A DNA stretch of 64,000 bases from positions 2,976,001-3,040,000 of the forward strand of contig CM007992.1 of NCBI GenBank assembly GCA_002189035.1, read 5' to 3'. How positions within the stretch are numbered: position 1 is the stretch's first letter; each line of letters starts with the position of its first letter. Shown here in pieces: positions 23,237-35,817 of this stretch. Under the pieces are notes generated by a model that searched no databases, was not told where the DNA came from, and saw only the letters and a program-made list of their open reading frames with translations. Source of the stretch: Utricularia gibba (lineage: Eukaryota; Plantae; Magnoliophyta). The translations under genes were made by a program, and so were the position numbers.

Positions 23237-24962
23237 TTATTTATGGAAAATCTATGGAATAAAGGAATCACCGCATGTCACAAATGAAAACGGTTACTTT
23301 TATAATTTACTCCCGTAATCTTCGGACATTTTTAAATTGCATTGAAATAATTAATTTTCACTATTTAACGTATGTTTAATACTTAATTTTTTTTACCTTA
23401 AATCCCGCATTGTTTTAATATCAAATATAAATTATTTTTAAAAATTAAGTATATTTTATCTCTAATATTTTTTATTTTTTAAAATAAACTGGTTACTCAT
23501 ATTTAGTTAATTTGAAATAAGATTTATCTTTATATAATTTTTAAAGCATGCATTATAAATTATATCTTTTTGCAGTTACACTAACAAATATTCAATTTGC
23601 ATGAAGGTCTTGTCATTCCTCTAATTTCAAATAACTCATAATGCAACATATAAGATGATCTTACATCTTTTTTTATTAATTTCATTAACATTTTTCATGT
23701 ATTAATTTGTAGTCATTCTCAATTTTCTTATTGATTCCATTGAAAACACAATTTATCACCATACAATCCTCTCAAATTAAATTATATGCATTTGACACAA
23801 GCATGACAAATTAAATTATATGCATCTTATGCACTCTTCACACATAGCAAATGCAAGTATTTATCAATGATTCAATTTCTCTATACTAAATAATATATTA
23901 TTAAATGTTCATCATATCGAGATTAATTTTGCTTGGACACCCATCTCTTTTACTCATCTAATATATCTATTCTCAATGTATTTCCATACAATGCACTAAT
24001 TTTTATTACTGATAACTTTTCACATTATATCAACATCAATTTTAGTCCATCCTCTTTTGAACTCATAGCAATTCTTTGTAAGTGTTTATTGAGTGTCTAA
24101 AGTTTTATTGTGGTACAACCTATCTCTTTAATTATGGTCATTTGTAAATCATTAGAAACATTTTCATTAGTAATCACTCTTCAATCCATTTATCATAATA
24201 AAGTTTGATTTTCTCTTCATTCCTAATCTTTAATTGCATGTGTGATGCAAGAGATAATTGGAGATCACTCTAGTTCTTGTTAGGTATGAAAGTTGGGCCG
24301 ATCCTACTGACCCGACCCTAATTCAAAGGGTTTTCGCCAAATTTTGAATTAGGATTGGACTAAAGCTTGATTATTTATAATCATGATTAATATGGTCATA
24401 GTTCGATTATGTAGTGAGTTGGGCTGCCCCTAACCAGCCCAAAGGCCTACCATAAATAAATAAAGCATTTTATAAAATTATTAAATATTAATACACATAT
24501 TAGTTTTATTTAAATAATTTATACAAACTAGTTTAAAATTATCATATTACTTATCAATTCATATTATTTATCCAAGAAATGTCATGGTATATGTAAAATG
24601 AATTAATTATAATTATAATATATAAAACCTTATTTTCGAATTAGGCACTAGACCCATCGGGCTTTTGGGACCCTAAACCCAATCAGTCCTACGGGTCTCG
24701 TGCTTCGGGCCAAGAAGCGCAACAAATTTTCGGGTCTCCAACATATAAGCCCAAACCCGATATTTTCTAGGTCCGGCCCGGATCGGCCCACGAGGTTGAG
24801 TTTAAATTTTCATCCTCATCTACTGAACTTTTTCTTCTTTCTTGCCCTAGTTTCTTACATTCTTGCCTTCCTTCTCAACTGATTCATTCGCATTGGCGTC
24901 TTGGGGAGTTCAAGGTGCTTTGATAATCAGGTTGGAAATACTAGGAGGAAGATCTGTCGGCC

Positions 24963-27897
24963 ATGGCGACTAACAGAGACGGAGACCCCAACTTAGGGTA
25001 TCTAACGAAGAGGGAAACCGAAGTGAAGCTTCCACGCGCTACACGGGTTAAGAACAAGACCCCTGCTCCGATACAGATCACTGCGGAGCAGATTCTGCGC
25101 GAAGCTCGTGAACGTCAAGAATCTGAAATACGGCCACCCAAGCAGAAGATAACTGATGTCAACGAGCTCGGGGATTACCGCCTTCGGAAACGTAAGGAGT
25201 ATGAGGATTTGATTCGCAGAGTGCGGTGGAATAAGAGCGTGTGGGTTAAATATGCTAAATGGGAAGAAACTCAGAAAGATTATAAACGGGCGAGGTCTGT
25301 GTGGGAGCGTGCCCTGGAAGTTGATTACAGAGATCATACTTTGTGGTTGAAGTATGCTGATTTTGAAATGAAGAATGGGTTCCCTAATTATGCGAGAAAT
25401 GTGTGGGATCGAGCCACACAGCTTTTGCCGAGGGTGGATCAGTTGTGGTATAAGTATATACATATGGAGGAGATGCTGGGGAATGTGGCTGGTGCGAGAC
25501 AGATATTTGAGAGATGGATGAAGTGGGCTCCTGATCAGCAGGGATGGCTGTCTTACATAAAATTTGAATTGAGATATAATGAAGTCGAGAGGGCAAGGGA
25601 TATTTTTGAGCGGTTTGTAGATTTCCATCCAAGAGTAAGTGCTTGGATAAAGTATGCTAAGTTTGAGATGAAAAGTGGAGAAATCTCTAGGGCCCGGAAT
25701 TGTTATGAGAGAGCCGTGAACAAACTTGGAGATGATGAGGAAGCTGAAGACTTATTTTTTGCATTTGCTGACTTCGAAGAGAAGTGCAAGGAAACAGAGA
25801 GGGCACGGTGTATATACAAGTATGCGTTGGATCATATTCCGAAAGGGAGAGCTGAGGAGCTTTACAAGAAGTTTGTTGCTTTTGAGAAGCAGTATGGTGA
25901 TAGAGAAGGAATTGAGGATGCCATAGTTGGAAAGAAGAGATTTCAGTATGAGGACAATGTGAAGAAAAACCCTCTTAACTATGATTCGTGGTTTGATTAT
26001 ATCCGGTTGGAGGAAAGTTGTGGGGATAGAGAAAAGATTGAGGATGTTTATGAGAGATCTATAGCAAATATACCACCTGCTGCTGAGAAACGATATTGGC
26101 AGCGATACATTTATTTGTGGTAATGTGAAAGACTTTTTTCCCCAGTTTTCCATTTTGAAGATTTTATTTCGAGTTTGCATATTGATTTTTTTAGTAATCA
26201 TCAGGATTAATTATGCATTGTATGAGGAGCTTGACGCACAAGACATAGATCGAACCAGAGATGTCTACAGGCAACATATTTCTCTGACTCTACTATCTTG
26301 TATTTTGAGCTTGTCTGTATCGTGTAACAATCATGCTATCTTACCTCTCTTATTGAGTCATTTTACTTCATTTTCTTAGCGTCATGGCTTGGATATGACC
26401 CTCTACTTATTTTATATTTTCTATATTTAATCGTATAACTAACACACTTTGTTTTAATCAACAGCTTGTGTCTAAAAACAATTCCTCATGAAAAGTTTTC
26501 CTTCGCAAAAATATGGTTGATGGCAGCTCAGTTTGAGATACGTCAGTTAGATCTTGATCGAGCTCGACGAATTTTAGGTATGGCTATTGGCAAGGCCCCC
26601 AAAGATAAGGTATTGGCTACAGTATTCCTCTCATATATCTTGTTAGCGTCAGATTCCTTTTTTTTTCTCCAAATGAACTTGACTAAACTGTGGTTTTTAC
26701 AGATTTTCAAGAAGTACATCGAGATAGAGCTTCAACTTGGAAATATAGATCGATGCCGGAAGTTGTACGAGAAGTACTTAGAGTGGGCGCCAGAGAACTG
26801 TTATGCATGGAGCAAGTATGCTGAGTTGGAGAGGTCATTGGCAGAATCTGAAAGAGCTAGGGCTATTTTTGAGCTTGCAATTGATCAGCCTGCACTGGAC
26901 ATGCCAGAGTTGCTATGGAAGGTGCATTCTTGGAATAGCTTTTTTTCTAGTTAATTTTTGTATGCCGGTACCTACACTATGCCGGGTCAAGTGATGTGAC
27001 TCTGATAATGAGGTTTCCTGTTGTTTATCTGTGAAATGGACAATTTTGTGCCATGGAAGTGAAGTGCTGGTGATATTTTTAATACAATTAGCATGCTTGG
27101 AAACGTGTATTCTTCTTTCCAGTTTTGTTTATGTTAGCAACTTCATGCTTTTTTTTTTTCACGTACACTGTTCATTTCCACTAATCTGTGTAAACTCTCA
27201 TGGCAGGCGTATATTGACTTTGAAATATCTGAGTCAGAGTATGATAGAACTAGAGAGCTCTATGAAAGACTTCTAAACAGAACGAAGCATTTGAAGGTGT
27301 GGATCAGCTATGCCAAATTCGAGGCATCTTCAGTCGAAGAATTTCCAGAGTCAGACCTCTCTGAAGATGCTACCAACTCAAAGAGAGGTTGTCTTGAACG
27401 TGCAAGAGGTGAGACTAAACCTACCCTCATTATGTATACGCTATGCGTGTGTGTTGGTATTTTCCCCATCTTATCACTTAGTCATCTGCTTTGCATCAGC
27501 TGTGTTTGAAAGATCCCTCAGCCACTTCAGAAACTCCGCCCCAGAACTGAAAGAAGAACGAGCCATGCTGTTGGAAGAGTGGCTCAGCATGGAAAGCAGT
27601 TTCGGGGAGCTCGGTAACATCGAGTCCGTCCGTGCTAAGTTGCCGAAGAAACTGAAAAAGAGAAAGCAGATAGAAACTGAGGATGGTCCAGCAGGGTACG
27701 CATTTCGGTTGCATTCTATTCTTTGTGTAGCGTAGCCCATTTCTCTTGGAAATCGGTGCTGATGCAATGAAACTCTGCGCAGGTACGAGGAATACATCGA
27801 CTACGTCTTCCCAGAAGAAGCTCAAACCACAAATCTCAAGATCCTGGAAGCTGCTTACAAATGGAAGAAGCAGAAATCGGTTTCTGGTGATGAGTAG
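24963..27897 (+). CDS. CRNKL1: Crooked neck-like (CLF1/SYF3/CRNKL1) HAT-repeat splicing factor, 7 exons
   Basis: Exons 24963-26119, 26205-26270, 26465-26609, 26703-26921, 27207-27408, 27500-27695, 27783-27897. [23 protein letters not shown] repeats, C-terminal [12 protein letters not shown]...[14 protein letters not shown]. Intron 2 has a GC donor. Confidence 0.95.
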
Positions 27898-28187
27898 CAG
27901 CCTGTCTTTGCTAGTTTGGAATGAAACAGTCTTCATTTTTTTTCCCTGATGAGTAGCAAGCACTGCGCTTCTGTACCATACTTCCAAATGTTAATATAGG
28001 GAGTTTCAGCACATGGAAAAATATATAAATTAATATTGTTTATGGTTTGCCGTTTTTATTTCATGTAATAACATGTACTATTCTTCATGTGCAATGTCTT
28101 GATTCAATCCAATGAGGCATTCATTAGTTGGAAGAACCGCACGTGTGCCTGACAATCTCCGAAAGCTTGTTTGCCTACAAGTAGGCA

Positions 28188-28430
28188 GCTATCTTGACGG
28201 GATATTCAGATATATGGCATCTTCTAACTAATGTATCAGAAATTTGGTCATCTTGATGGGTTATTTAGAAATAAGATCATCATCTCATTATTGTATGAGG
28301 AATCTGACCATCTTGACGAGGTATTTAGAATTATGGCCATCCTCTCACTAGCGTATGAGAAATCTGATCAGGCGTATATAGAAATATGATCATCTTCTCG
28401 CTATTTTGTAAGAATCTGGCCATCTTGACC
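28188..28430. repeat. Degenerate 60-bp tandem repeat (about 4 copies) with a 30-bp sub-period
   Basis: Rows starting 28201, 28261 and 28321 align at exact 60-bp period (TATTTAGAA..A.G..CATC.TCTCA.TA..GTATGAGAAATCTG..CATCTTGA); the fourth copy has an internal deletion. Confidence 0.85.
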
Positions 28431-28719
28431 GACCATAAAGAGTAGCAGGTTGATTGACAGGGTAAGTGACACTTCCTGGTTGACAGGATTTTGGTACTCC
28501 TATTGCTTGGTTATTGATGGAAGAACATTTAGCTTCTTCATTGGTTTTGTTGACACAAAAATATACTACAATCGCTTTCTGCAATGCTAACAACTTGTCA
28601 TTCATCACTTGAAAGTGGCGAGAGAAATGTCGATGAAACGTAAAGATTTTGTATCAGACTGTAGATCTGTTCATTAGTTTATCAGAAACTATTGAAAAGA
28701 AAGCAACTTGGAACTTGGA

Positions 28720-29979
28720 TCAGAACCCCAAAAGTTTGGAAGAGTTCTCTAACAAATGATCCAAGGCACTGGGAGCAATCTTCCTTGCAAACAAGAAGCA
28801 GACAGTGGCGAGCTGATCATTGTATTTGCAGGGCTTACCATAAAACAGTTTCTCAAAGAAACCTTGTGTTAGATCAGTCTTGCTGAATGTAGCTGGATGA
28901 GCTCCACCTCTTGACCAATCTGCCCACGTAAGGCTCCTGTTAGCAAGAAGATGAGGTGATTCCATGGACAACATCGTCTGGAAGTAATGCTCGTCGACAT
29001 AGCACGCGGGTCGACAGAACTGCTCAAACAGGGGGTAATATTTCTTGTCTTGAACGATTCTAACAGCAAGATGTCTGTTAACTTCGAACCACTGTGACCC
29101 TTTACGCCAATCTGTGAGATTGACTGTAGGCGACATGTTGGTGTTGTATCGTCCTCTTCCATAGGGTCCCTGTTCGTCGAATGAACCCATGAAGCTGTGC
29201 CTGGACTTTGAAATGTACCTGTATACGAAATCGAAGCTCACTATTGGAATGCAGGCTTCTGAGAGGAGGATGAACCATTCATTGGATATATCAAGTAGTG
29301 CATTTGCAAGAAGTCTTCTTTCTGCATCACACATACTCATCATCCCCCATTCAGCAACCTGAATAAAACACAGAAAGGGATACACAGATCACAAACCGCT
29401 GCCTTTTCATACTATGAATCTATGATTACAGTGCATCCATTTGCTTTACCTGACTTGGGATTTGCCTGTCATAGAAGACTGATGAAGGGGGAACTTCGGC
29501 TGATAAGAAGGTGATGTGTGAACATAGATAGAGTAATACTTGGTGTTTCCTTTGAAGAATCTCTCCCAGAGAGGAGCCAAGGGCAGAGGTCCTCTTGTTA
29601 AGAACATGAATGCAATCTTGGGAGTCCTCTTGAAAGGGTAATGCTGAATCATTGGAACAAATGAAGCTCGCCAAAGAAGCTCAGTGTCATTCATATCGTG
29701 CTGAAGCTTATAAGGAGATCTAATCCAACTTGCTAAAGTCCCAAGATCTTCAACGCATGGTTGAAGTCTTAGAATCACAGGGAACTCATTCGTGACTTTA
29801 ATCAAACGGCTGGTGTACACGTACACGAAAGAAAACACTACTCCCATCCCCAACAAAAACATAAGAACCTTGAGAGTTCTTAACGGAAAATGCCTCCCTG
29901 ATTTGGCTATGGCTCTGAAACCAGGCACCCCTTTGCCTTCTTCTAGTGAACCAAAGCTCCCTGTTCTCGACTGCAGCAT
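28720..29979 (-). CDS. Core-2/I-branching beta-1,6-GlcNAc-transferase family (DUF266/BC10-like) glycosyltransferase, 2 coding exons; apparent 1-bp frameshift
   Basis: Exons 29979-29450 and 29358-28720. [95 protein letters not shown] needs one more C at 29487-29491. Confidence 0.93.
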
Positions 29980-30721
29980 CTTTCACTGCAATGTGAAAAG
30001 GTACATTTCTCAATAAAAGGCAATGCCTTCGCAGCCCACACATGCACCCCACTTCCATAAAGCATAAACACGATGAAAAACGACCTGAATCTCAGGCTGA
30101 TCAATGAACAAACTCATCAACAGAATTAAACCCAATTGACATTCGATGGTTCCGTACCTAAAAAAGCACCCTGGAACATGAAACTTCAACGCGAAGGCGG
30201 AATCCCAGGATCACGGAGCTAATTTGATACAGAGTAAAACGGATAGGGAGCATTAACAACGAAGACAGAAGTTTTTCCCCGGAACCATTTTCACCGCCCT
30301 GAAATTGCTGTTCCGATGGTTCAAACCACTGAACGGCGCAATCTCTGTTTGCATTCGCTGCCGCTGCGAATTCCCCTGAATGGCGTTTTCTTCATGCAGA
30401 TAGGAAATTAAGAAAAAAAAAAAGAAAAAGAAAAAAGAACAGAATCCTATTGTACGGGAAAAAGTTCGCACCATAATTGTGACCATAAAGCCATCATTTT
30501 CGGCATCCCGACGCCAATTACATTGACTTCAGCATTTCATTTTCTCTAAATTATTATATTTCAATAATGTTTTAAAAATATAATTAAAAATTATTGAATT
30601 TGATGCAACTTACTATAAAATGATTGAATCCAAACTCATTATTCAATCAAAAAAACGAGTCCAACACGATTTTAAAACACAAACATCAAAATATTTGCAA
30701 AATCTACAACATCACCCTGTT

Positions 30722-30870
30722 ATATAATCAATTTTGATATTAAATAGAATTAATTTTGAGATTGTAAAACTATTCTATATGATAATATAAAATTATATTA
30801 TATAACTTAATATAATAAATTATGTATTACAAAATTTAATAAATTAGATTATTATAAAATTTAATATGAT
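30722..30870 (+). mobile_element. AT-rich MITE-like family 2, copy 3
   Basis: ATATAATCAATTTTGATATTAAATAGAATTAATTTTGAGATTGTAAAAC...GATAATATAAAATTATATTATA matches 3876-3960. Confidence 0.5.
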
Positions 30871-31421
30871 GATATAAATATATTTTTAAAATATAAAAAT
30901 AAATATTACAATTTTTATAATTAATGTCTTATTTAATCAATAAAAATTGATATTCAAAAAAATTAATAATTTTAAAAATCAATCATAAAATCTAAATTTT
31001 AATTTTATCACAAAACGATTACATATTAAATACTTTTAATATTAATCATAATTAATTCAAAAAATGATATAAACAAAACATATCTTTTGAAATTACATAC
31101 AAAATAACTTAAATAAATGCATGTATCAAAATGGATCAACATGTCATTGTCATGGACCTTATTCCATCTCACATAGACAGAAGTTCCTTGTTTTTGTTAT
31201 TTTACTTTTGTGTGCGTGTGTGAGTTTCTTTTTGGGGGTATATTTTAAAATCATTCTAAAAAAATATGAAGCTCCATTTAACAGAACTTTTATAACGTAG
31301 CCAACCATGAGCCATTTCCAGTTCAATTCAGGACCATAACCAGGAATGGCTGGTGCATTTGCCACCTTTTGTTTCTCAAAACCTTGCTGTGAGAAGTAAA
31401 AACTGTGTTGATGGAGATGAG

Positions 31422-34327
31422 TTACCGCAGCTCCAGTAGGCAAACGCACTCAATATGAGGAGTGTGAGGGAACATGTCCACCGGTTGAATGCTTTTCAGC
31501 TGATAGCATCCTCTTAAATTCTGCTCAGGCTGCAAGAATGGCATCCCATGTCAAGGAGGTGAACACATCTCGTGTTGGGAAAAAACAAGCAACTTACCAC
31601 ATCGTGACAGAGGTAATCGAGGTCGCGAGCGCATGTTGCGGGGTTGCAGGATATGTAGATGATGCGCTGCGCCTTGAGTTTCAGGAGGAACTTGATGAGC
31701 TTGAGGTGCATGCCGGGGCGATTGGGATCTGCAGTTTAAGTAGAAGAGGGATCAGGTACATGGTTTCCGAGAAGGGGTGTGGATGGAAAACAGAACCTGT
31801 GATCACGAGATCTGGTTTTGGAAAATATTCACCGAAGTTGTCCCCAATTTTGTTAAGATCTCCCTTGACAAATGTGGCGTTGGTTATACCATTCAGATCT
31901 GCATTCCGGCGAGCATCTGATATGGCTTGATCAACAATCTCAAATCCATACACATGTTTCACCCTTCGGTTAGAAAAAGGAAGGTGAGGCCTGAACTACT
32001 AGATAGAGGTTGTTTGAACTTTGAACCCCAAAAAAAGTTTACCTTTTCGCCAGTGTTAAACCAATTGTTCCTGTACCGCAGAAAAGGTCCAGCACGATTT
32101 CTGATCCATCTCCTCTTAGACCAGCGGAGTCCTCAATTAGCTTATACAGAACCTCGGCCTGAATGATTCAAGAACAGCAGACATTTTCATCAACGGCATC
32201 TGCAATATACTCACACTGACATCATATGAAGCAGAAAAGGTTTTCCCTTTTTTCATGTTTCCAATTCATACCTGGTGTGTGTTGGTTTGGAAGAAAGAGT
32301 TTGCTGATATTTGGAATTTCAGTCCTCTAAGACTTTCTGTGATAGTTGATTTACCATAAAGGGTGTATTCCTCTTCTCCAACAGATGTGCTACTTAACGA
32401 TGTATTTACATTGTTCATGATGCTTACCTATTCAGCATAAGTGACATGAGTTATGAAATTAGTACAAAAAAAAAAAGATCCACAAAATCAAGAAGCTGTA
32501 CCCCATAAGCTTAGCAGCATTAATAGGCATCTAAAAAAATCAAATACGCATTCCGTTCAGATATGAATTTAGCATCAAGAGTTCCAAACTCAAATCCCTG
32601 TTGGAACGAACATTCACTAGGAGCAGCCTTCAAAGAACCTCAGTATTTACATTAATGATTCATTTAGGCGAAAACCAACTTTAAGTTCCTCATGCATTGA
32701 AGTTTTACTGGATATGAACCAGTCAACCACCTCACCACATATGGAAGATCAGAGATTTTTTCCACCAGGGGCTTTAGCAGTTCTGGCTTGTACGAAGAAG
32801 TGATAAAATTAACCATGAGCTCGGGTTGACCATTTTCAGAATTCCTGGGAAAATATTACATGTGACATGAAAATCTCTACTGATTGGCCAAATGAATCAT
32901 GTCTCTAACAAAACATGTTCTTTGTACTAAACAGCAAAAGTTGATACCTTCCAGTTCTAAGCATTAAATGCTTCAGAAAACCTTGATGCGAATGCACATT
33001 GTAGGGAGAAAGATTGAACTCCCGGTCCCTCCAGCAGTTTTGAATAACTGCAAGGACCTATAAAATCAACGATTCCAAGAAGAATGTCATGGATGAGATA
33101 CTGCTCAGGTAAATCATTAGGAATGAACTTCATTTGAAATAATCTATCAGATGAAGACTCACTATGACTGAGAACCAATTTACCTTATTGGCTGGATCAC
33201 TTTGCAGTAAGCACACATCAACATTCAGAACCTTGTCAAAAAACCCTGGAGCATGCAGTCCCAAAGCATATTCAGCATCTTGACCATCAACTGTTTGTAG
33301 TGATTCCAAAGGTAGCCATTTTTTGTTGCTGAAGGAAAACTCCATCTGCATGTTTTCATCTAGACATTAACCTTTTGCGATCACAGACAGCAACCCAATC
33401 AATCAGACAAGAATGAAAAATAAAATGGCGCGTGTAACTCTTAGAGAACCTTATTTCTGTAATGGAATTGGAGGTCACAAGGAACAATGCGCTTCATGAC
33501 CACGTCCTTCTCAGAAAACCTCCCAACGTGAGCAATAAGTTCATATACCTGCTGTTCCTTAAGCTTAACTTGAGTCCCATACAATAGGTTCTGAGTCTTA
33601 CAGCCTCCACAAATCTGTGCATACCCACATGGCGCTTCCACACTATCCCAATGTGGACTTAAAATCTTCAATTTCTTCACCTATAAATCATTGTACAACT
33701 ACATAAGATTTTCTCATCATTAGATTTCTCTTAATTCTGCACAAGTCACGAAAGGATAAAAAAAGAACCGTGTTAACAAGACGCATGAATGAATTCACTT
33801 GTCATTCGACCACAATCTCCAATTAAAGGAATCCACAGATTTCAATCAATCTAGAATACAAAGAAAACCTATCAACGGCATTGCAGCAATTGTAAGCTGC
33901 AATATGCAGAAACGTGGAACAAAAACAAAAGATAAAATTCAGAATAAAAAAAACGAACCTCAGCGTAGTTATCCTTCTTCCTAGTAACGCGGCCAACGAA
34001 CCTTTCCCCCGGCAACGCGCCATCGCACATGACTACGAAGCCAGAGTCAGCAACCTTACACACGCCCTTTCCTTTAAAAGCTAAGCTTTCGCACACAAGC
34101 TCCAGCGTCTGCCCTCGTTTCGGGTAATAATAAGAATTGCTCTTCTCTTTATTGCTACTCGTTCGAACCTCTGCTTCCGCGGCTCTAGCAGTGGGTTCTT
34201 CCGGTACGCAGTGTTGAACTGCCGAAGTGGAGTACAGCACTGAGATTGGACGGGCTGTGCCTCGGATATCCCACAGCCATGAACGAGCATGGATACGGCT
34301 GAAGCTTACTGCCGGAGCCGCCGTCAT
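31422..34327 (-). CDS. TRAM-domain RNA (uracil-5)-methyltransferase, TrmA/RlmD(RumA) family, probable organellar transit peptide, 10 exons
   Basis: Exons 34327-33959, 33680-33450, 33345-33184, 33057-32948, 32844-32736, 32427-32272, 32158-32043, 31963-31797, 31728-31598, 31529-31422 all join in frame. CGYAQICGGC Cys cluster, YRNKMEF, SANSFFQTN, DLFCGTGTIGL, DPNRPG, YISCNPATCARD, DMFPHTPHIEC. Confidence 0.94.
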
Positions 34328-35447
34328 CCGAGGATTGGAACAAACTCTACAGCATCATTACAGCACCCAATCTAGGGGTGCCAAACCCAGCTACGAACAA
34401 TCAAATATCTCCCGCGGCTTGCAGGTTCAGTGGATATGGTGAGTGCAATGGGCCTCGATCAATGGGCCGTGGCACACGCCATACGAATACCAAGCTGCTG
34501 CAGATATGCTCTTCGCTCTTCAAGCTGACTCCATCATAAGGTATGAAGAATTTGCTTTCTTCTACCTCACAAAACAATCTGCATTTCCATTCCCAGAAGT
34601 TGAACCCTAGCACTACAAATCCAAAGTTCCATTTCATACATTTCAGTAGAATATATATATTGTATTTTATGAAAAAAAATGATCTTTCAACTTCCCATTT
34701 GTTTTCAAAGTAACATAAAATATACAAAACTAGGGTTGTAATCATCATAACAAACCACCCTAAAAATATGTATAATTTTACTTCTTAAGAAATACTTTTT
34801 TAGCAACAATTTTAATATAATAGAAATTGAAAGCATGCAACTTATTAAAAATAAGAATCATTTTTAAATTTCTATTCTTTTTTAAGAAAAAATCATTCAT
34901 ATTTGATAATAAACCACTTGTAAAACGTATTTGTATAAATATAAGATGTCATATTTCGATATCTCATATGGCATGATACAATTGTACCATTTTCAATATC
35001 ATATTAATATAATTTCGTTCTTTCCATTATATCGAAAAATGAGAAACGACTACTCTAAATAAGAAAAGAACTACATACTTCTACTCCTATCATATTTGAA
35101 GCATCTAATAAGGGATTTTTAGATATTGAATTTATATCGGAAAATGATGAACATGAAGTCCATAATGCCGGAACCATATACATATTACTAATAAATATGG
35201 TGTATTGTGTTATGAGAAGGTGCAACTAGACCTAAGCATTTGGTAATTACAAACAGTTACCTAATTGATTATTAATTATTGAAATTGTAAACGTTTTATA
35301 CTATGGTATATTGAATTAAATTTTATTGGTTCAGTTTGGTAATCACCAAACTACATTCATTAAATAACATTATGTTTGTCAACTTAAGAGCTTATTGATA
35401 AAATAAAACTAGTAACCAAGAGACAAATGAATAATTTAGACAATTAA

Positions 35448-35618
35448 ATGGTTTTTTGAAAAAATTTTAAAATCTATTTTTTTTAGAAATAAAAATAGTT
35501 TTATTTTAGAATATTTTTAATTATAAAAGTAATTTTATCAAAAACACTTTTAAAATCATACTATAAAAGTTATTTTTTAAAAAATAAAAACAGATTTCAA
35601 AAATTTTTCAGAATACTA
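35448..35618 (+). mobile_element. AT-rich MITE-like family 1, copy B
   Basis: High similarity to the reverse complement of 6408-6650. Imperfect inverted ends GGTTTTTTGAAAAAATTTT / AAAATTTTTCAGAATAC. Confidence 0.6.
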
Positions 35619-35817
35619 CTTTTGTATTGTAAGGAAACTAAATTGTTTTTTAGTTTTAGTTTTTGATTTCATATGTAACTATCTTATGTTCACTTTCTTT
35701 TTTATTCTCTATCTCCTTGGGATGAAGAATACTAACTATCTTCCTTTTGTTTTATTGTGTAATAACTGCTTACAACTAAACCTTTTGTTTTTAGGTTGGA
35801 AGAATTTTCATTCAATG

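Noticed and set aside
28188-28430. Repeat array considered as CRISPR-like
   Set aside because: Units are contiguous and diverge throughout, with no invariant repeat and unique spacers; plant nuclear context and no cas genes.
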